From Candidatus Marinacidobacterales bacterium (lineage in GTDB: Bacteria; Acidobacteriota; Vicinamibacteria; Marinacidobacterales; SMYC01), in contig OZ250169.1 of assembly GCA_965237955.1 (NCBI GenBank), forward strand, positions 7,232,001 through 7,296,000: a DNA stretch of 64,000 bases. The letters are read 5' to 3'. A model generated the notes under the pieces. The model searched no databases and was not told the DNA's origin. It was given only the letters and a program-made list of their open reading frames with translations. Below are positions 61,359-64,000 of the stretch, in pieces. Within the stretch, counting starts at the first letter, position 1, and each line of letters opens with the position of its first letter. A program made the position numbers and the translations under genes.

Positions 61359-62165
61359 ATTGCTGTCAAGTTCAGCCGGTGAATGGCAGACTTGCCCGAT
61401 GACAAACGACACGCCGAGCTACCGGGGATATCGATTTCCTGCGGAAATCATCAGCCACGCTGTCTGGCTCTACCATCGATTCTGCGTCAGCTTTCGAGAT
61501 GTCGAGGATCTGCTGGCGCAACGCGGCATCACGGTTTCTTTATGAAGCCATCCGACTTTGGTGCATCAAGTTCGGGCCGGAATACGCTCGTGGACTGAAG
61601 CGCCGCCAGGGTCGCCTGGGAGACACGTGGCACTTGGACGAGGTCTTCGTCACCATCCAGGGACAGCGCCAATATCTTTGGCGTGCCGTCGACCAAGACG
61701 GCGACGTCATCGACATCCTCGTGCAGTCGCGTCGCGACCGCCGGGCTGCCAAACGCTTCTTCCGGAAGCTGTTGAAGGGGCAAGGTCGCGTGCCCGGCCG
61801 GCTAGTGACGGACAAGCTGAGAAGCTACGGCGCTGCTCACCGCGAGGTCATGCCATCCGTCATTCACAGCACCAACCAGTACGAAAACAACCGGGCCGAG
61901 GTCTCACATGAGTCGACGCGGCAACGAGAGCGGCAAATGCGACGGTTCAAATCTCCTGGTCAAGCACAACGATTCTTGAGCGTGCACGGACTTGTTCAAA
62001 ATTTCTTCCGCGTCGGGCGTCACCTGTTGCGTGCTCCCAATCATCGAGAGCTCAGAGGCCGCGCCTTCCTCGCGTGGGACGCGGTAGCGATCGCGACGTG
62101 ATCCGAGCGGGCAAGTTCACTCCGGCGGCGCCGGCGTGCGTGCGCAACGTCAACTTGACAATACC
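61359..62165 (+). mobile_element. IS6-family element with a degenerate left end
   Basis: IR cores TGTCAAGTT / AACTTGACAATACC. Confidence 0.8.
61399..62101 (+). pseudogene. IS6 transposase, +1 frameshift near 61540
   Basis: YRFPAEIISHAVWLY...GITVS | YEAIRLW...WHLDEV...VTDKLRSY...NNRAE. Confidence 0.88.
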
Positions 62166-62190
62166 CCCTATTCTTCACGCGAGACTCCTC

Positions 62191-62892
62191 CTACGGGGCC
62201 ACCTTTTGGTAGTTGCTGTTCACGATCCGGACCTCGATGTTGCTTGCCGGAATCTTCAAAAGTGTCTCGCCTACGTAGCTGACACCGTCCGGCATCGACT
62301 GGAAGCTCACCTCGAGGGTCACTTTGTTATCCGGTTTGTCGAGCCAGGTGTCGACGGCTACCTGACGTAGCGCCTTCACCTCGGAGTCGAACATAAGCGT
62401 CAGCGAGTCGCCGCTCTTCAGGTAGTCCGGGAATCGAAGAGCGGCCGCGCCGGGTCCGGCCTGGGAGATCGAGACTTTGCCGGCCGCGATGACCGCCTGG
62501 AGCTTTTGCGGATCCGGGGGCGCGTAGCTGTGGGCGAGGGCGGCGGCGCTCTGGAGCTCTTCTTTCATCTCGCCGGTTTTCTTCGCGACGATCTTGCCTC
62601 TGAGGCCGCGTTTCTTCTTTGGCGGCGCCGGCGGATCCGTGAGCAGGGTCTTCTGCACTTTGCCGTCCGGCCCGTACTTGCAGGACTCGATCTTGGTGTT
62701 CTTCACCTCGCCCTTGACGCTGAGCTCGGTCTTCGTGATCCATGAATAAGACCGAAGGGCCTGCTGGTTTCGAGCCGCGGCCTCCTTGGCTGCCGCCGCT
62801 TTCTGCTGGATCTGCTCGCCCAGCGTCTGTATCGCGACCACAAGGCCGCTGAACGCAAACAGGAATGCGCACAAAAGCCCCATACGTTTCAT
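62191..62892 (-). CDS. Exported hypothetical protein
   Basis: Signal peptide, AAAGGAAG SD, clean high-GC3 ORF. Confidence 0.75.
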   Translation of the reverse strand: MKRMGLLCAFLFAFSGLVVAIQTLGEQIQQKAAAAKEAAARNQQALRSYSWITKTELSVKGEVKNTKIESCKYGPDGKVQKTLLTDPPAPPKKKRGLRGKIVAKKTGEMKEELQSAAALAHSYAPPDPQKLQAVIAAGKVSISQAGPGAAALRFPDYLKSGDSLTLMFDSEVKALRQVAVDTWLDKPDNKVTLEVSFQSMPDGVSYVGETLLKIPASNIEVRIVNSNYQKVAP

Positions 62893-62924
62893 TGTTTTCT
62901 TCCTTTCTTTATCGAATGCAAAAC

Positions 62925-63205
62925 TCATCGCACCGCCACACTCGTCATCACGTGAACCTGGAACGGCACGGCTACGGTGAACGACTCGAGCTTCTGGGCC
63001 GGGATAACGGCCGCGTCGACGCTCCCTGCGGCTGCCGCGGCACCTCCCGCACCCGCGCCGACGGCGGCGCCGATGGCCGCACCCAGGGCCGCGCCGCCGG
63101 CGAGCTTCTTGCCGCCCGAGGAGGCTTGGCCCTGCACTTGAAGGGGCTTGGTCTTGAGCGACACCACCTGGTTGCCCGCCTGGACGTCGGTGAGCTCGAC
63201 GCTAA
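62925..63205 (-). pseudogene. C-terminal part of a glycine-zipper protein interrupted by ISAzo13
   Basis: LSVELTDV...GGAALGAAIGAAVGAGAG. The ORF abuts the IS end. Confidence 0.65.
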
Positions 63206-64000
63206 GGGCCGGCGACAAAATAAGTTCCCGTTTTCAAGACGGTCGGATGGTGTAGTTCCATTTGGGTAGAGTCTGGTCCTTTGTAACGGAAAGCGCCTGC
63301 ATCCGCTCGTCAGTGATTTTGACGCCCTTCGGATAACGACGCCGGATAAGGTGTGCGCGTACTCGCAAACCGGAAGAGGTGGTGGTCGTGCGGATGTATT
63401 TGAGGATGGTTTCGTAGCTGTCGAGAGGCCTGCCCGTCCAGTTCTTGCTGATCTCGCTGAACAGACGGTGCTCCACTGGATTCCACTTGGATGTACCGGA
63501 CGGATAGTGGGCTATGGTGATAGCGATGTCGTGGTGATTGCAAATCCGCGTTTGAAGCCCGTGCTTCCAACCCCGACACCGATAGCCATTGCTGCCCCCG
63601 GCGTCTGCCAATATCGCGAGGTCACGGGCTGCAGGATAGCGTCGCCGTCCTTCCGTTCGCCACCACTTCTCGATGGCATTCACGGCGAAGTCCGGGGTGT
63701 TGTACGAGGTACCAATGAACACTGTCCCGCGGTTCGCGAGCAGATCGTAGACGCCGTAGGGGATTGCGATGCCGTTCGATTCGGAACGGAAGTCATGGTC
63801 TTTGACGAGAGTCGGCTCGCGGTTCCAGGCCTGCCCGCCGTTTTTGAATAATCCCACCAGCTCCCGTTTCTTCGTGTCTACGCTGATGATGGGATGACCA
63901 GCTGCGGCAAAACGCTCGCGCAGTTCGGCGATACACGCGAATTGGGTATCGCGATCTTCGGACGTGGCACCGCACAGCTTCTTGTGGTTCACCCGCAACG
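63206..64000 (-). mobile_element. ISAzo13 copy 2, partial (runs off the window)
   Basis: Near-identical to the element starting at 40806 and also preceded by TAA. Transposase stop at 63234. Confidence 0.92.

Overview
GC-rich bacterial DNA. The Ser/Thr-kinase, PEGA and TPR protein styles suggest Acidobacteriota or a similar lineage (inference only). The window is crowded with insertion sequences: 2 different IS256, 3 near-identical IS5/IS903-group copies, one complete and one truncated ISL3, 2 ISAzo13 copies, an IS630 with two matching 133-bp MITEs, an IS6 and an IS481/IS3-like element. Many host genes are interrupted, frameshifted or internally deleted. Intact genes include ppk2, ppsR, rnhB, a family-4 UDG, an ECF sigma/anti-sigma pair, an M28 peptidase and a cNMP-EAL protein. 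Most notable: (1) a tightly coupled operon at 43968-49034 (DUF2064 transferase, flavoprotein, non-ArsS radical SAM, atypical metallophosphoesterase, ArsM-like methyltransferase, truncated PiT) that looks like a variant organoarsenical pathway; (2) an IS5-flanked cargo with a HEPN remnant and a MORC-like GHKL ATPase bearing a Cys-rich tail; (3) a strand-asymmetric hairpin array in the ISL3 leader; (4) an IS630-related MITE family; (5) divergent ppsA/ppsR sharing one CATG as both start codons. No rRNA, tRNA or CRISPR array was recognised. All protein family calls are by eye from motifs, not database searches.
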